This document shows positions 45,385-57,473 of a DNA stretch of 64,000 bases, one piece after another. Both the position numbers and the translations under genes were made by a program. Source of the stretch: Actinomycetes bacterium (lineage in GTDB: Bacteria > Actinomycetota > Actinomycetes > Prado026); contig JBBSAJ010000010.1 of the NCBI GenBank assembly GCA_038252405.1, positions 16,909-80,908 of the forward strand, written 5' to 3'. Within the stretch, counting starts at the first letter, position 1, and each line of letters opens with the position of its first letter. The notes under the pieces were generated by a model, which searched no databases, was not told where the DNA came from, and was given only the letters and a program-made list of their open reading frames with translations.

Positions 45385-46839
45385 TCAGCCGGTCCGCGCG
45401 GTCGTGTAGGCGCGGCTGATGCCCCTGACCGCGTTGCCCATCTTGTGCACGCGCAGCGCGTTGGTGCTCCCCGGGATGCCGGGGGGCGCGCCGGCCACGA
45501 TGACCACGTCGTCACCGACCGAGCAGCGGCCGATGTCCAACAGGGCGGTGTCGACCTGCAGCACCATGTCGTCGGTGTGCGTCACGGACGGGACCAGGAA
45601 CGTCTCGATCCCCCAGGACAGGGCCAGCTGGCTGCGCACGGACGGTGTCGGCGTGAACGCCAGCAGCGGGATCGGTGAGCGGTACTTGGCCAGCCGGCGG
45701 GCCGACGCCCCCGTCTCGGTGAACGCGACCAGCGACTTGGCCCCGATCGACTCGCCCACGCGGGCCGCGGCCAGGCAGATGGCACCGGCCATGGTGCGCG
45801 GCTTCGGCTGCCCGGGCGCCAGGTCGACGAGGGTCTCCCGCTCCACCGCCTCGATGATGCGGGCCATGGTGCGCACCGCCTCGGTCGGGTAGCGGCCCAC
45901 CGACGTCTCGCCGGAGAGCATGACCGCGTCGGTATGGTCCAGGATCGCGTTGGCGACGTCGGAGGTCTCGGCCCTCGTCGGGCGGGACGCACCGATCATC
46001 GACTCGAGCATCTGGGTGGCCACGATCACCGGCTTGGCGTACTCGCGGGCCAAGGTGACCGCGCGCTTCTGGACGAGCGGCACCTCCTCCAGCGGCAGCT
46101 CCACGCCGAGGTCGCCGCGGGCCACCATGATCCCGTCGAAGGCGTCGACGATCTCCTCGAGCCGCTCCACGGCCTGCGGCTTCTCGATCTTGGCGATGAC
46201 CGGGAGGAAGACGCCCTCCTCGCGCATGACGTCGTGCACGATGTCGATGTCGCTGGCCGAGCGGACGAAGGACAGCGCGATCAGGTCGACCCGCAGCCGC
46301 AGCGCCCAGCGCAGGTCCTCGATGTCCTTCTCGGACATCGCCGGGACGCTGACGGCGACGCCGGGCAGGTTGATGCCCTTGTGGTCGGAGACCATCCCGC
46401 CCTCGAGGACCGTGGTCACCACCCGGGGACCGTCCACGGCCACCACCTCGACGGCGACCTTGCCGTCGTCGATGAGGATCCGGTCGCCCACGGTCACGTC
46501 GCCGGGCAGCCCCGCGTACGTCGTCGACACCAGGTCGACGGTGCCGGGCACGTCCTCGGTGGTGATGGTGAACTGGGCGCCGGCGCTCAGCAGCACCGGG
46601 CCGCCCGCGAAGTTGCCCAGCCGGATCTTGGGGCCCTGCAGGTCGACCAGGATGCCGACCCCACGGCCGGACTCGTCGGAGGCCTGCCGGACCGCCCGGT
46701 AGCCCGCCTCGTGGTCGGCGTAGCTGCCGTGGCTGAGATTCATCCGGGCCACGTCCATACCCGCGGCCACCAGGTCACGGATGGCGTCCAGGGTCGAGGT
46801 GGCCGGACCCAACGTGCAGACGATCTTCGCTCGGCGCAT
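45385..46839 (-). CDS. pyk: pyruvate kinase
   Basis: MRRAKIVCTLGP... ATG at 46839 inside the longer track ORF. Confidence 0.9.
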   Translation of the reverse strand: MRRAKIVCTLGPATSTLDAIRDLVAAGMDVARMNLSHGSYADHEAGYRAVRQASDESGRGVGILVDLQGPKIRLGNFAGGPVLLSAGAQFTITTEDVPGTVDLVSTTYAGLPGDVTVGDRILIDDGKVAVEVVAVDGPRVVTTVLEGGMVSDHKGINLPGVAVSVPAMSEKDIEDLRWALRLRVDLIALSFVRSASDIDIVHDVMREEGVFLPVIAKIEKPQAVERLEEIVDAFDGIMVARGDLGVELPLEEVPLVQKRAVTLAREYAKPVIVATQMLESMIGASRPTRAETSDVANAILDHTDAVMLSGETSVGRYPTEAVRTMARIIEAVERETLVDLAPGQPKPRTMAGAICLAAARVGESIGAKSLVAFTETGASARRLAKYRSPIPLLAFTPTPSVRSQLALSWGIETFLVPSVTHTDDMVLQVDTALLDIGRCSVGDDVVIVAGAPPGIPGSTNALRVHKMGNAVRGISRAYTTARTG

Positions 46840-46874
46840 GTCTGTAGACCCTACCCAGGGGTGGGCCGCCAGGC

Positions 46875-48329
46875 TCAGACCGTCACGGGCCGCGCGTTCG
46901 GGTCGATCGGGGCCGGCAGGTTCGTCGTCCCGGTGAGGAAACGGTCCACGGCAGCCGCGCAGGAGCGGCCCTCCGCGATGGCCCACACGATCAGCGACTG
47001 CCCGCGCCCGGCGTCCCCGGCCACGAAGACGCCGTCGACCGAGGTGGCGTACTGCCGGTCCCGGGTCACGGTGCCCCGCGCGTCCAGCTCCACCCCGAGC
47101 TGCTCGATCAGCCCGTCCGGCTGCGGGCCGGAGAACCCCATGGCCAGCAGCACCAGATCGGCCGGGATCTCCCGCACCGAGCCGGGCACCTCCTCGAACC
47201 GGCCGTCCACCAGGCTGACCTCGACCAGCTCGAGTGCCCGGACCCGGCCCTGCGCGTCCCCGACGAACCGATTGGTGCTCACCGCGAACACCCGGTCCCC
47301 GCCTTCCTCGTGGGCGCTGGAGACCCGGTAGGTCATCGGGTAGGTCGGCCAGGGCTGGCCGGCCGTCCGGTCCGCCGGCGGCCGGGGCAGGATCTCCAGC
47401 TGGGTCACCGAGGCGGCGCCCTGGCGCAGCGAGGTGCCCAGGCAGTCCGCGCCGGTGTCGCCACCGCCGATGATCACCACGTGCTTGCCGGTCGCGGACT
47501 CCGGCGGCTCGGCCAGGTCGCCCTCCTGCACCCGGTTGGCCAGCGGCAGGAAATCCATGGCCTGGTACACCCCGGCCAGCTCACGGCCGGGCACGTGAAG
47601 GTCGCGCGGGACGGTGGCGCCGACGGCCAGCACGACGGCGTCGAACCGGCGGCGCAGGTCGTGGCCGGTGAGGTCCACGCCGACGTTGACCCCGGTGCGG
47701 AACCGGGTGCCCTCGGCCTCCATCTGGGCCAGCCGCCGGTCCAGGTGCCGCTTTTCCATCTTGAACTCGGGGATGCCGTAACGCAGCAGCCCACCGATCC
47801 GGTCGGCCCGCTCCAGGACGGCGACCGTGTGCCCGGCCCTGGTCAGCTGCTGGGCCGCGGCGAGCCCGGCCGGGCCGGAGCCCACGACCGCGACGGTGCG
47901 CCCGGACAGCCGGCCGGGCGGCTGCGGGGTGACCCAGCCGGCCTCCCAGGCCCGGTCGATGATCGAGACCTCAACCTGCTTGATGGTGACCGGGTCGGCG
48001 TTGATGCCCAGCACGCAGGCGGTCTCGCACGGCGCCGGGCACAGCCGCCCGGTGAACTCGGGGAAGTTGTTGGTCGCGTGCAGCCGCTCGACCGCCACCC
48101 GCCAGTCGTCGCGCCACACCAGGTCGTTCCACTCGGGGATCAGGTTCCCCAGCGGGCAGCCGTTGTGGCAGAACGGGATGCCGCAGTCCATGCACCGGCC
48201 GGCCTGGGCCTCCAGCGCACCGGGCCCCATCGGCTCGTAGACCTCGCGCCAGTCCTGCAGCCGCACGTCCACGGGCCGACGCTTCGGCAGCTCGCGGGGC
48301 GTGGTGAGGAAGCCCTTGGGGTCAGCCAC
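46875..48329 (-). CDS. gltD: glutamate synthase small subunit
   Basis: 4Fe-4S Cys motifs and an FAD/NADPH fold. The GTG at 48329 overlaps the end of gltB by 8 nt. Confidence 0.9.
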   Translation of the reverse strand: MADPKGFLTTPRELPKRRPVDVRLQDWREVYEPMGPGALEAQAGRCMDCGIPFCHNGCPLGNLIPEWNDLVWRDDWRVAVERLHATNNFPEFTGRLCPAPCETACVLGINADPVTIKQVEVSIIDRAWEAGWVTPQPPGRLSGRTVAVVGSGPAGLAAAQQLTRAGHTVAVLERADRIGGLLRYGIPEFKMEKRHLDRRLAQMEAEGTRFRTGVNVGVDLTGHDLRRRFDAVVLAVGATVPRDLHVPGRELAGVYQAMDFLPLANRVQEGDLAEPPESATGKHVVIIGGGDTGADCLGTSLRQGAASVTQLEILPRPPADRTAGQPWPTYPMTYRVSSAHEEGGDRVFAVSTNRFVGDAQGRVRALELVEVSLVDGRFEEVPGSVREIPADLVLLAMGFSGPQPDGLIEQLGVELDARGTVTRDRQYATSVDGVFVAGDAGRGQSLIVWAIAEGRSCAAAVDRFLTGTTNLPAPIDPNARPVTV

Positions 48330-51300
48330 GGGAGGCCTCCATGATCGTCTCGATGGCGTCGCGGCCCTCCTGCTCGGCACGCAGCTTGGCCTGCAGCACC
48401 CGCTTGAAGTCCTTGGGCATGACGGTCGTGAACCGGACCCGGGACGACGGCCAGTCGACCAGCAGCGCCTCCGCCACCACCGACCCGGTCTCCTCGGCAT
48501 GCCGCCGCACCAGCTCGACCAGCCGCTCGGCCTCCGCGTCGTCGACCGGCTCGAGGTCGACCATCTCGCGGTTGACCCGCGAGGTGTCCAGGTCGAGCAC
48601 GTAGGCGACGCCCCCGGACATGCCGGCCGCGAGGTTGCGGCCGGTGGGGCCGAGCACGACCGCCACACCGCCGGTCATGTACTCGCAGGCATGGTCACCG
48701 ACCCCCTCGACCACCGCGATGGCGCCGGAGTTGCGCACGCAGAACCGCTCGCCGACGACGCCGCGGACGAACACCTCGCCCGACGTCGCGCCGTAGAGCA
48801 GCACGTTCCCGGCGATCACGTTGTCCTCGGCCACGAACGGGGCTCGCCGGTCCGGCCGGACGATGACCCGGCCGCCGGACAGCCCCTTGCCGACGTAGTC
48901 GTTGGCGTCACCCTCCAGCCGCAGCGTGACGCCCGGAGGCAGGAACGCCCCGAACGACTGCCCGGCCGAGCCGGTGAGGGTCACGTCGATGGTGCCGTCC
49001 GGCAGGCCGGCGCCGCCGTAGCGGCGGGTGACCTCCGAGCCGAGCATGGTGCCGACGGTGCGGTTGACGTTGCGCACGGTGACCTGGGCGCGGACCGGCT
49101 CACCCCGCTCGAGTGCGTCCCCGGCCAGCGCGATCAGCTCGTTGTCGAGCGCCTTGTCCAGCCCGTGGTCCTGCTCGACCGTGCGGCGCCGGGGCAGCCC
49201 GGCTGGCAGGTCCGGCACGTGCAGCACCGGCGAGAGGTCCAGCCCGCTGGCCTTCCAGTGGGTGACCGCCCGCCTCACGTCGAGCATCTCGGCCTGGCCG
49301 ATGGCCTCCTCGAGGGTGCGGAAGCCGAGCGCGGCCAGGTGCTCGCGGACCTCCTCGGCGATGTACTCGAAGAACGTCTCGACGAACTCCGGCCGGCCGC
49401 TGAACCGCTCCCGCAGCGGCGGGTTCTGGGTGGCCACCCCCACCGGGCAGGTGTCGAGGTGGCAGACCCGCATCATCACGCAGCCCATCACCACCAGCGG
49501 CGCGGTGGCGAAGCCGTACTCCTCGGCGCCGAGCAGCGCCGCGATGACCACGTCCCGCCCGGTCTTGAGCTGGCCGTCGGCCTGGACGACGATCCGGTCG
49601 CGCAGCCCGTTGAGCAGCAGCGTCTGCTGGGTCTCGGCCAGGCCCAGCTCCCACGGCGTCCCCGCGTGCTTGAGCGAGGTGAGCGGCGAGGCGCCGGTGC
49701 CGCCGTCGTGCCCGGAGATGAGCACGACGTCCGCGTGCGCCTTGGCCACCCCCGCGGCCACCGTGCCGACACCGACCTCGGACACCAGCTTCACGTGCAC
49801 CCGGGCCCGGTTGTTGGCGTTCTTCAGGTCGTGGATGAGCTGGGCGAGGTCCTCGATCGAGTAGATGTCGTGGTGCGGCGGCGGCGAGATCAGCCCCACG
49901 CCCGGGGTGGAGTGCCGGGTGCGCGCGATCCACGGGTACACCTTGTGGGCCGGCAGCTGGCCGCCCTCCCCCGGCTTGGCGCCCTGGGCCATCTTGATCT
50001 GCAGGTCGTCGGCGTTGACCAGGTACTCGCTGGTCACCCCGAAGCGGCCACTGGCCACCTGCTTGATCGCCGAGCGCTTCGAGTCACCGTTCGGGCCGGG
50101 CACGAACCGCTCCGGGTCCTCGCCGCCCTCCCCCGTGTTGGACTTGCCGCCGAGGCGGTTCATGGCGACCGCGAGGGTCTCGTGCGCCTCCTGGCTGATC
50201 GAGCCGTAGGACATCGCGCCGGTGGAGAACCGCTTGACGATCTCGGCGACCGGCTCGACCTCGTCGAGCGGCACCGCCGGGCGCAGCCCGGTGCGGAACG
50301 AGAACAGCCCGCGCAGCGTCATCAACCGCTCCGACTGGTCGTCGACCCGGCGGCTGTACTCGCGGAACACGTCGAACCGCTTGGCGCGGGTCGCGTGCTG
50401 GAGCCGGAACACCGTCTCGGGGTCGAACAGGTGCGGCTCGCCCTCGCGCCGCCACTGGTACTCCCCGCCCACCGCCAGCTGCCGGTGCGCCGGCGAGATC
50501 CCCGACGGCGGGTAGGCCACCGCGTGCCGGCGGGCGACCTCCTCGGCGATGACGTCCAGGCCGACCCCGCCGAGCCGGGAAGCAGTCCCGGTGAAGTACC
50601 GGTCGACCACCTCCTGGGACAGCCCGAGCGCCTCGAACACCTGGGCGCCGCGGTAGGAGGCCACCGTGGAGATGCCCATCTTGGACATGACCTTGAGCAC
50701 GCCCTTGCCGAGCGCCTTGATCAGGTTGCGGATCGCCTTCTCCGGAGTGAGCCCGGGGATCACCCCACGCCGGACCAGGCTCTCGACCGACTCCATGGCC
50801 AGGTAGGGGTTGACGGCGGCGGCGCCGTACCCGACGAGCAGGGCCGCGTGGTGGACCTCACGCACGTCGCCCGCCTCGACGAGCAGCGAGACCTGGGTGC
50901 GCTCCTTGCTGCGCACCAGGTGGTGGTGCACCGCAGCCGTCAGCAGCAGCGACGGGATGGGCGCGTGCTCGGCGTCGGAGTCCCGGTCGGAGAGCACGAA
51001 GAAGCGGCTGCCGCGCTCGATGGCTGCCGAGACCTCGGCGCAGATCTCGTCGATGCGCGGGGCCAGCGCGGCGCCGCCCCCGTGCACCGGGAAGAGCCCG
51101 CGCACGGTCATCGAGGCGAAGCCCGGCAGGTCACCGTCGGCGTTGATGTGCTTGATCTTGGCCAGCTCGTCGTTGTCGATGACCGGGAACGGCAGCACGA
51201 CCTGGCGGCAGGCCGACGGGCTGGCCTCGAGCAGGTTGCCCTCCGGCCCGATGACGGTGCCCAGCGAGGTGACCAGCTCCTCGCGGATCGCGTCCAGCGG

Positions 51301-52860
51301 CGGGTTGGTGACCTGCGCGAACGACTGGGCGAAGTAGTCGAACAGCAGCCGCGGCTTGTCGGACAGCACGGCGACCGGCGAGTCGGTGCCCATGGAGCCG
51401 ATCGCCTCGGCCCCGGCGCGGGCCATGGGGGCCAGCAGCACCCGCAGCTCCTCCTCGGTGTAGCCGAAGGTCTGCTGCCGCCGGGCCACCGACTCGGCCG
51501 TGTGCGTCACGTGCTCACGGTCCGGCAGGTCCTCCAGGTGGATCAGTCCGGCGTGCAGCCACTCCCCGTACGGGCGCTCGGCGGCCAGCGCCGCCTTGAC
51601 CTCGTCGTCCTCGACGATGCGGCCCTCGACGGTGTCCACCAGGAACATCCGGCCGGGCTGCAGCCGGCCCTTGCGGACGACGGTGGCCGGGTCCAGGTCG
51701 AGCACGCCGACCTCGCTGGCCAGCACGACCAGCCCCTCGTCGGTGACCCAGAACCGGCCGGGACGCAGCCCGTTGCGGTCCAGCACCGCCCCGATCAGGC
51801 TGCCGTCGGTGAAGGCCACGGCGGCCGGGCCGTCCCACGGCTCCATCAAGGTGGCGTGGTACTGGTAGAAGTCGCGCCGGGCGGGGTCCATCGAGGTGTG
51901 GTTCTCCCACGCCTCCGGGATCATCATCAGCACGGCGTGCGGCAGCGACCGGCCGCCCAGGTAGAGCAGCTCCAGCGCCTCGTCGAAGGACGCCGAGTCG
52001 CTGTGACCCTCGGTGCAGACGGGGAACAGCCGGCTCAGGTCCCCGGGGATCAGGTCGGTGGCCAGCTGCGACTCCCGGGCCCGCATCCAGTTCCGGTTGC
52101 CCTTGACCGTGTTGATCTCGCCGTTGTGGGCGATGTACCGGTACGGGTGGGCCAGCGGCCAGGACGGGAAGGTGTTGGTGGAGAACCGGGAGTGCACCAG
52201 CGCCAGCGCGCTGTCGAACCGCGGGTCGGACAGGTCCGGGTAGAACGGCTCGAGCTGCCCGGTCGTGAGCATGCCCTTGTAGACCAGCCGCCGGGTGGAC
52301 AGGCTCGGGAAGTAGACGTCCGGCCCGCGCTCGGCCCGCTTGCGCAGCGCGAAAGCCATCCGCTCCAGGCCGAGCCCCACGACCCGGCCGGAGCGCGCGG
52401 CGACGAACAGCTGGCGGAGCCTGGGCATCACCGAGCGGGCGGTCGCACCGAGCAGGGACGGGTCGGTGGGCAGCTCTCGCCAGCCGAGGACCTGCAGCCC
52501 CTCCTCCTCGGCGAGCCCGGTGATCCGCGCCACCGCGGCCGCGTCGGCGGCGTCGTCGTCCGGCAGGAACGCCGTCCCCACCGCGTACTCCCCCTTCGGG
52601 GGCAGCGGGAAGTCCACGACCGCGCGCAGGAAGCCGTCCGGGACCTGCACGAGGATGCCGGCGCCGTCCCCGCTGTCCGGCTCGGCGCCGGAGGCCCCGC
52701 GATGCTCCAGGTTGCGCAGCGCCGTGAGCGCCTGGTCGACGATCCGGTGACTGGCCACGCCGGTGAGGGTGGCCACGAAGGCAACGCCGCAGGCGTCCCG
52801 CTCCTGGGCCGGGTCGTAGAGACCCTGGCCGACGGGGTGGGCGGAGAAGGCAGCGGGCAC
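48322..52860 (-). CDS. gltB: glutamate synthase large subunit
   Basis: 1512 aa with an N-terminal Cys1 amidotransferase start (MPAAF...CGVAFVA). Confidence 0.95.
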   Translation of the reverse strand: MPAAFSAHPVGQGLYDPAQERDACGVAFVATLTGVASHRIVDQALTALRNLEHRGASGAEPDSGDGAGILVQVPDGFLRAVVDFPLPPKGEYAVGTAFLPDDDAADAAAVARITGLAEEEGLQVLGWRELPTDPSLLGATARSVMPRLRQLFVAARSGRVVGLGLERMAFALRKRAERGPDVYFPSLSTRRLVYKGMLTTGQLEPFYPDLSDPRFDSALALVHSRFSTNTFPSWPLAHPYRYIAHNGEINTVKGNRNWMRARESQLATDLIPGDLSRLFPVCTEGHSDSASFDEALELLYLGGRSLPHAVLMMIPEAWENHTSMDPARRDFYQYHATLMEPWDGPAAVAFTDGSLIGAVLDRNGLRPGRFWVTDEGLVVLASEVGVLDLDPATVVRKGRLQPGRMFLVDTVEGRIVEDDEVKAALAAERPYGEWLHAGLIHLEDLPDREHVTHTAESVARRQQTFGYTEEELRVLLAPMARAGAEAIGSMGTDSPVAVLSDKPRLLFDYFAQSFAQVTNPPLDAIREELVTSLGTVIGPEGNLLEASPSACRQVVLPFPVIDNDELAKIKHINADGDLPGFASMTVRGLFPVHGGGAALAPRIDEICAEVSAAIERGSRFFVLSDRDSDAEHAPIPSLLLTAAVHHHLVRSKERTQVSLLVEAGDVREVHHAALLVGYGAAAVNPYLAMESVESLVRRGVIPGLTPEKAIRNLIKALGKGVLKVMSKMGISTVASYRGAQVFEALGLSQEVVDRYFTGTASRLGGVGLDVIAEEVARRHAVAYPPSGISPAHRQLAVGGEYQWRREGEPHLFDPETVFRLQHATRAKRFDVFREYSRRVDDQSERLMTLRGLFSFRTGLRPAVPLDEVEPVAEIVKRFSTGAMSYGSISQEAHETLAVAMNRLGGKSNTGEGGEDPERFVPGPNGDSKRSAIKQVASGRFGVTSEYLVNADDLQIKMAQGAKPGEGGQLPAHKVYPWIARTRHSTPGVGLISPPPHHDIYSIEDLAQLIHDLKNANNRARVHVKLVSEVGVGTVAAGVAKAHADVVLISGHDGGTGASPLTSLKHAGTPWELGLAETQQTLLLNGLRDRIVVQADGQLKTGRDVVIAALLGAEEYGFATAPLVVMGCVMMRVCHLDTCPVGVATQNPPLRERFSGRPEFVETFFEYIAEEVREHLAALGFRTLEEAIGQAEMLDVRRAVTHWKASGLDLSPVLHVPDLPAGLPRRRTVEQDHGLDKALDNELIALAGDALERGEPVRAQVTVRNVNRTVGTMLGSEVTRRYGGAGLPDGTIDVTLTGSAGQSFGAFLPPGVTLRLEGDANDYVGKGLSGGRVIVRPDRRAPFVAEDNVIAGNVLLYGATSGEVFVRGVVGERFCVRNSGAIAVVEGVGDHACEYMTGGVAVVLGPTGRNLAAGMSGGVAYVLDLDTSRVNREMVDLEPVDDAEAERLVELVRRHAEETGSVVAEALLVDWPSSRVRFTTVMPKDFKRVLQAKLRAEQEGRDAIETIMEASRG

Positions 52861-52956
52861 GGTGGCTCCCGTTCGTCGTCCGGCTCGATGGTTCTGCCAG
52901 GGACGACGTTGGCCCTGAGCTGTGGCGGGAGCGTAACACGCCGGAAACCGGTGCCC

Positions 52957-53691
52957 CTAGCCGGTGGTGACCCCCACGAGGGCCCCGATGCCGTAGGTGA
53001 GCCCGGCCGCGCCGAGGCCGAAGCCGAGCTGGCGCAACCCTGCGTACCACCAGCTGCGCGGGGTGATCCGGGACACCAGCGCCCCCGCGCCGAACAGGCC
53101 CAGCGCCGAGACGACCAGCGCGGGCAGCAGGTCCGTGGCGCCGAAGAGGTAGGGGATCACCGGGAGGATCGCACCGCTCAGGAAGGCCACGAAGGACGAG
53201 CCGGCCGCGACCACGGGGCTGGCCAGCTGCTGCGGGTCCACCCCGAGCTCGAGCATGGCGTGCACCCGGACGGCCCGGTCGGTGTCCCGCGAGATCTGCC
53301 GGGCCACCTCGTAGGCCAGCTCCGGCTCGACCCCGCGGTCGATGTAGCTGTGCGCCAGCTCGGCCAGCTCACCGTCGGCATTGCGCTCCAGCTCGAGCCG
53401 CTCGATGATCAGCTCGCGCTCGGCCAGCTCGTTCTGCGATCGGACCGACACGTACTCGCCCGCGGCCATCGAGAAGGCGCCGGCCCCCAGGCCGGCGAAC
53501 CCGGCCAGCACGACGGTCGACGACGACACCCCGCCACCGGCCATGCCGGCGATGAGCGCGAAGTTGGACACCAGGCCGTCCATGGCGCCGAAGACCGCAG
53601 CCCGTAGCCAGCCGCCGCTGACGTCCTGGTGGGCGTGGTGGACCTCGGCCGACTGACCCGAGGAAACGGACGAGGAGTCCGGCGTCGTCAT
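52957..53691 (-). CDS. VIT1/CCC1 family iron/manganese transporter
   Basis: 244 aa with an N-terminal cytosolic helix region plus 5 TM segments. ATGA overlap with the lgt stop. Confidence 0.75.
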   Translation of the reverse strand: MTTPDSSSVSSGQSAEVHHAHQDVSGGWLRAAVFGAMDGLVSNFALIAGMAGGGVSSSTVVLAGFAGLGAGAFSMAAGEYVSVRSQNELAERELIIERLELERNADGELAELAHSYIDRGVEPELAYEVARQISRDTDRAVRVHAMLELGVDPQQLASPVVAAGSSFVAFLSGAILPVIPYLFGATDLLPALVVSALGLFGAGALVSRITPRSWWYAGLRQLGFGLGAAGLTYGIGALVGVTTG

Positions 53692-54578
53692 GAGACGCCC
53701 TCCTCCTGCTGCTCCTGCTCCTGGTCGTGCTCCGACCGTCCGACCCGCGGGTCGACGACCTCTTCCCGGCCGGGATGCCGCCGCGCCGAGCGCACCAGCC
53801 AGACGATCGAGCCGGCACAGACCAGGACAGCCACCCAGACGTTCACCCGCAGCCCGAGGATGTGGTTGGCGTCGTCGATGCGCAGCAGCTCCCACCAGAT
53901 CCGGCCGAAGGTGTACAGCGCCACGTAGAGGCCGAACACCCGACCGTGGCCCATCCGGAAGCGCTTGTCCGCCCAGAGCAGGAACGCGGCGACCACGAGC
54001 ATCCACAGCGACTCGTACAGGAACGTCGGGTGGAACGTCGCGTACTGCTCGTAGCCCACGGGCCGGTGCGCCAGGTCGATCTCCAGGCCCCACGGCAGGG
54101 TCGTGGGGCGGCCGAACAGCTCCTGGTTGAACCAGTTCCCCCAGCGGCCGATCGCCTGGGCGACCAGGATCCCCGGGGCGATCGCATCGGCGAGCGGGGC
54201 CAGCGGGATGCCCATCCGGCGGCAGGCGATCCACGCACCCACGCCGCCGAGCGCGACGGCGCCCCAGATCCCCAGCCCGCCGTTCCAGATCTTGAACGCG
54301 TTGAGGGGGTGGCCGCCCGCGCCGAAGTACGGCTGCCAGGAAGTGATCAGGTGGTACAGCCGGCCGCCGATGATGCCGAACGGCACCGCCCATACGGCGA
54401 CGTCGGCCACCGTGCCGGGGCTGCCGCCGCGCGCGACGTAGCGTCGCTCACCCATCCAGATGGCGACGATGATCCCGGTGATGATGCACAGCGCGTAGGC
54501 CCGGATCGGGATCGGCCCGAGGTGCCAGACGCCCTGTGACGGGCTCGGGATGTAGGCCAACAAGCCGCCAGCGATCAC
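53688..54578 (-). CDS. lgt: prolipoprotein diacylglyceryl transferase
   Basis: Lgt signature ([13 protein letters not shown]) and an acidic C-terminal tail. Confidence 0.9.
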   Translation of the reverse strand: MIAGGLLAYIPSPSQGVWHLGPIPIRAYALCIITGIIVAIWMGERRYVARGGSPGTVADVAVWAVPFGIIGGRLYHLITSWQPYFGAGGHPLNAFKIWNGGLGIWGAVALGGVGAWIACRRMGIPLAPLADAIAPGILVAQAIGRWGNWFNQELFGRPTTLPWGLEIDLAHRPVGYEQYATFHPTFLYESLWMLVVAAFLLWADKRFRMGHGRVFGLYVALYTFGRIWWELLRIDDANHILGLRVNVWVAVLVCAGSIVWLVRSARRHPGREEVVDPRVGRSEHDQEQEQQEEGVS

Positions 54579-54615
54579 CGCTGCCGCTCCGTCCTGCTCG
54601 GTGTCAACGAGGTGT

Positions 54616-55380
54616 TCAGCTGGCTGCCGCGATCGCCTGGTCGAGCATCGTCTTGACCTCGTCGTAGCTCTTGGCGGTGCTGAAGTCGATCTTCTTGCCG
54701 TCGATGGTGAACGTCGGCGTCGAGGTGATCTGGGCGGTGTTGCCGGACAGCTGGACGTTGTTCACCCAGCCGTAGTAGGTGCGGTTGTTCACGCACTGCG
54801 TGAACGTGGCCATGTCGGCCACGCCCGCGGCCTTGCCGAACTCGAGCAGCTGGGCATCGGTGTACCCGGTGCCCTCCTTGGCCGGCTGGTTCTTGTAGAC
54901 CTGGTCGTGGAAGGGCCGGAACTTGCCCTGGTCCTGGGCGCAGCCGGACGCGTTGGCCGCCCGCAGCGAGCTGTCGTTGTTCAGGTTCTGGTCGAGGAAC
55001 GACAGCGGGTGGTAGACGAGCTTGACCTTCCCGGCCGTGCCAAGGCCCTCGATATAACTGCCGAGCGCGTCCTCCAAAGCCTTGCAGGCCGGGCACTGGA
55101 AGTCTTCCCAGACGTCGAGCAGCGGCTTGGTGCCGGTCCCCACGACCACGCCGCCCCCGGGGGGGATGACGCCCTTGGGAACGGAGGCGGCCGTGTCGGT
55201 CTTCGGCCGGTTCGACAGGTAGACGCCGAGTCCGACGCCGGCCACGACCAGGAAGACCAGCCCGATCAGCCCGAAGCGGATCATCCGCTCCTTGCGCTGC
55301 TGGGTCGCGGCCTGCTGGGCCCGCTCCTGGGCCTGGCGCTCGCGGAAGTCGCGCTTGCTCTCGCGACCGGTCTGGCTCAT
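54616..55380 (-). CDS. DsbA-like thioredoxin-fold protein, membrane-anchored
   Basis: CPAC active site. One TM segment after a charged N-terminus. Confidence 0.7.
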   Translation of the reverse strand: MSQTGRESKRDFRERQAQERAQQAATQQRKERMIRFGLIGLVFLVVAGVGLGVYLSNRPKTDTAASVPKGVIPPGGGVVVGTGTKPLLDVWEDFQCPACKALEDALGSYIEGLGTAGKVKLVYHPLSFLDQNLNNDSSLRAANASGCAQDQGKFRPFHDQVYKNQPAKEGTGYTDAQLLEFGKAAGVADMATFTQCVNNRTYYGWVNNVQLSGNTAQITSTPTFTIDGKKIDFSTAKSYDEVKTMLDQAIAAAS

Positions 55381-55898
55381 GCGACGGACTCCTCGACAGG
55401 GGTGCGGGCCGCGGCCGGCGCTCGGTCGACGCCGAACCGGCTCGCGGGGAACACGGCCAGCCAGGATGCCAGGCCGAGAAACAGCAGGTCACGTAGGATC
55501 TCAGCGGTGTACCGCCCGGCCAGGCCGTCGCGCGACACCAGGCCGCCCCCGCCGAAGCAGCCGCAGTCGATGGACAGGCCTCGCACCCACACCGACCCGA
55601 TGCCGGAGATGAACACGACCATGAGGACCGCGGCCGCGATCGCCGCCCAGCGCACGGCCACGCCGAGCAGCAGCAGGATGCCCAGCGCGATCTCGAGCAG
55701 CGGCAGGCCGTAGCCGACCAGCTGGTCGACCCCCGGGGGCAGCAGCTGGTACGCCTGGACCGCCCGGACCGCCTGGGTCGGGTCGAGCATCTTCAGGCCG
55801 CCGGCCGAGAGCAGCACCGCGGCCAGTGCGACGCGCACGACGGTGCTCAGCCACAGCTGCCGGGAGGTGCCGGCGAAGCGGGCAACCGTGACGCTCAT
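55377..55898 (-). CDS. MauE/DoxX family membrane protein
   Basis: Four TM segments and a CGCFG motif. ATGA overlaps on both sides. Confidence 0.65.
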   Translation of the reverse strand: MSVTVARFAGTSRQLWLSTVVRVALAAVLLSAGGLKMLDPTQAVRAVQAYQLLPPGVDQLVGYGLPLLEIALGILLLLGVAVRWAAIAAAVLMVVFISGIGSVWVRGLSIDCGCFGGGGLVSRDGLAGRYTAEILRDLLFLGLASWLAVFPASRFGVDRAPAAARTPVEESVA

Positions 55899-56512
55899 GG
55901 CATCGAGGCTAACCTGCGGACGTCCATGGTGATGTCATCGACCGGCGTGCCGGGCGACCACAGCACCCGGCCGAGGCCGTCTGCCGCGAACCCGATGACC
56001 TGCGCCCCGTGGTCCACCTCGTACGCCGAGGTGGGGTCCTGGGTGGGCCTGGTGACGGCCACGCCGAGGTCCGCCGCGGCCGCCTGGACCTGAGCGAACG
56101 GGGCCGTCAGGCCCACGAAGGTGGGGTCGAACGTGGCCAGGTAGGTCCGCATCACGGCCGGTGTGTCCCGCGCCGGGTCCACGGTGACGTACAGCACGAC
56201 CGTGTGCTTGCGGGTGGCAGGGTCGAGCGGGCGCAGCGCCGCCGCCAGGTCGGCGAGCACCGCTGGGCACACGTCGGTGCAGTGGGTGTAGCCGAAGTAG
56301 ACCAAGGTGACGTGGCCCCGGGTGTCCCGGTCGATCCGGAACGGCTGGCCGTCGGTGTCCGTGAAGGTCGTCGTGGGCTTGGCCAGCGGTGGATCGAGGG
56401 GAGTCCCGTAGAAGACCGGCGACGCGGCGGCGGTGGCGGCGGAGGGGGCGCCGCATGCGGTCAGGCCGACCAGCAGGGCGGCCGCGAGCGCAGCGGCAAC
56501 GGGCACGCGCAC
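55895..56512 (-). CDS. SCO1/SenC family copper chaperone lipoprotein
   Basis: CTDVCP (CxxxC) motif and a lipobox LTAC. GTG at 56512 is preferred over the upstream ATG inside the palindrome. Confidence 0.7.
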   Translation of the reverse strand: MRVPVAAALAAALLVGLTACGAPSAATAAASPVFYGTPLDPPLAKPTTTFTDTDGQPFRIDRDTRGHVTLVYFGYTHCTDVCPAVLADLAAALRPLDPATRKHTVVLYVTVDPARDTPAVMRTYLATFDPTFVGLTAPFAQVQAAAADLGVAVTRPTQDPTSAYEVDHGAQVIGFAADGLGRVLWSPGTPVDDITMDVRRLASMP

Positions 56513-56557
56513 GGTGGTCCGACGAGTGGCGGCCCGGCCCGGTTCCCGCCCCCCAAC

Positions 56558-56667
56558 CGCATGAAGGGCACCTTCTGTGCGTGTGCCCGCAACAACCGCC
56601 TCTTCATGCGGCGGGATGAAGGGTGGCCTTGTGCGGCCTTGCGCACAGAAGGTGCCCTTCATGCGGC
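56558..56667. repeat. compound palindrome: perfect 25-bp inverted repeat flanking a 60-bp spacer that carries two degenerate copies of the same motif
   Basis: Arms ccgcatgaagggcaccttctgtgcg (56558-56582) and cgcacagaaggtgcccttcatgcgg (56643-56667). The spacer holds cttcatgcgg and gggatgaaggg half-site copies. Confidence 0.85.
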
Positions 56668-56675
56668 TCGGGGGG

Positions 56676-57473
56676 TCAGGGGCGGCGGACGCCGGCGGCC
56701 AGCTCGGCGGCCAGCGCGGCCACCGCAGCGACCCCCTCGGCCGCGGACGGCGCGTCCAGCAGCCGCCGGACGAAGGCCGAGCCCACGATCACGCCGTCCG
56801 CGTAGGAGGCCACCTCGGCCGCCTGCGCCGCGGTCGACACGCCGAGCCCCACGCACACCGGCAGCGAGGTGGCCGCCCGGACCCGTGCGACCAGTGACTC
56901 GGCGCGGTCCGAGACCTGGTCCCGCGCGCCGGTCACGCCCATCGTCGAGGCGGCGTACACGAACCCTCGCGACACCTCGGCCACCCGGGCAATCCGGGCG
57001 TCGGTGGACGACGGGGCCACCAGGAACACCGGGTCGACGCCGGCGTCGGACGTCGCGGCCAGCCAGGGGCCGGCCTCCTCCGGGGTGAGGTCGGGGGTGA
57101 TCACGCCGGCGCCCCCGGCGGCGGCCAGCTCGGTCGCGAACCGGGCCACGCCGTAGCGCTCGACCGGGTTCCAGTAGCTCATGACGACCGTCGCGGCGCC
57201 GGTGCGGGCCACCGCCTCGACGGTGGCGAGCACGTCGGCGGTCCGGGTGCCGGTGGCCAGCGCGGCCTCCACTGCTGCCTGGATGGTCGGGCCGTCCATC
57301 AGCGGGTCCGAGTACGGCAGCCCGACCTCGACGACGTCCACGCCGGCGTCCACCATCGCGACGAGCGCGTCGATGCCGCCCCGCACCGACGGATAGCCGG
57401 CCGGCAGGTAGGCCACCAGCGCGGCCCGGCCCTCGGCGCGGGTCCTGGCGAAGGCCCCCTCGAGCGTGGTCAC
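56676..57473 (-). CDS. trpA: tryptophan synthase alpha chain
   Basis: The GTG at 57473 overlaps the trpB TGA. Confidence 0.9.
   Translation of the reverse strand: MTTLEGAFARTRAEGRAALVAYLPAGYPSVRGGIDALVAMVDAGVDVVEVGLPYSDPLMDGPTIQAAVEAALATGTRTADVLATVEAVARTGAATVVMSYWNPVERYGVARFATELAAAGGAGVITPDLTPEEAGPWLAATSDAGVDPVFLVAPSSTDARIARVAEVSRGFVYAASTMGVTGARDQVSDRAESLVARVRAATSLPVCVGLGVSTAAQAAEVASYADGVIVGSAFVRRLLDAPSAAEGVAAVAALAAELAAGVRRP

Noticed and set aside
48301-53607. 1768-aa plus-strand ORF
   Set aside because: It is antisense to gltB and VIT. It is a shadow ORF of the kind kept open by >70% GC (stop-poor antisense frames), with a Gly/Arg/Pro/His-rich nonsense composition.
56389-56897. Mirror ORFs beginning MKGTFCA on both strands (56577..56897 +, 56461..56646 -, and the N-terminus of 55895..56662 -)
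   Set aside because: They are created by the ATG-containing arms of the 25-bp inverted repeat. They have no SD and Arg/Gly-rich junk sequence.
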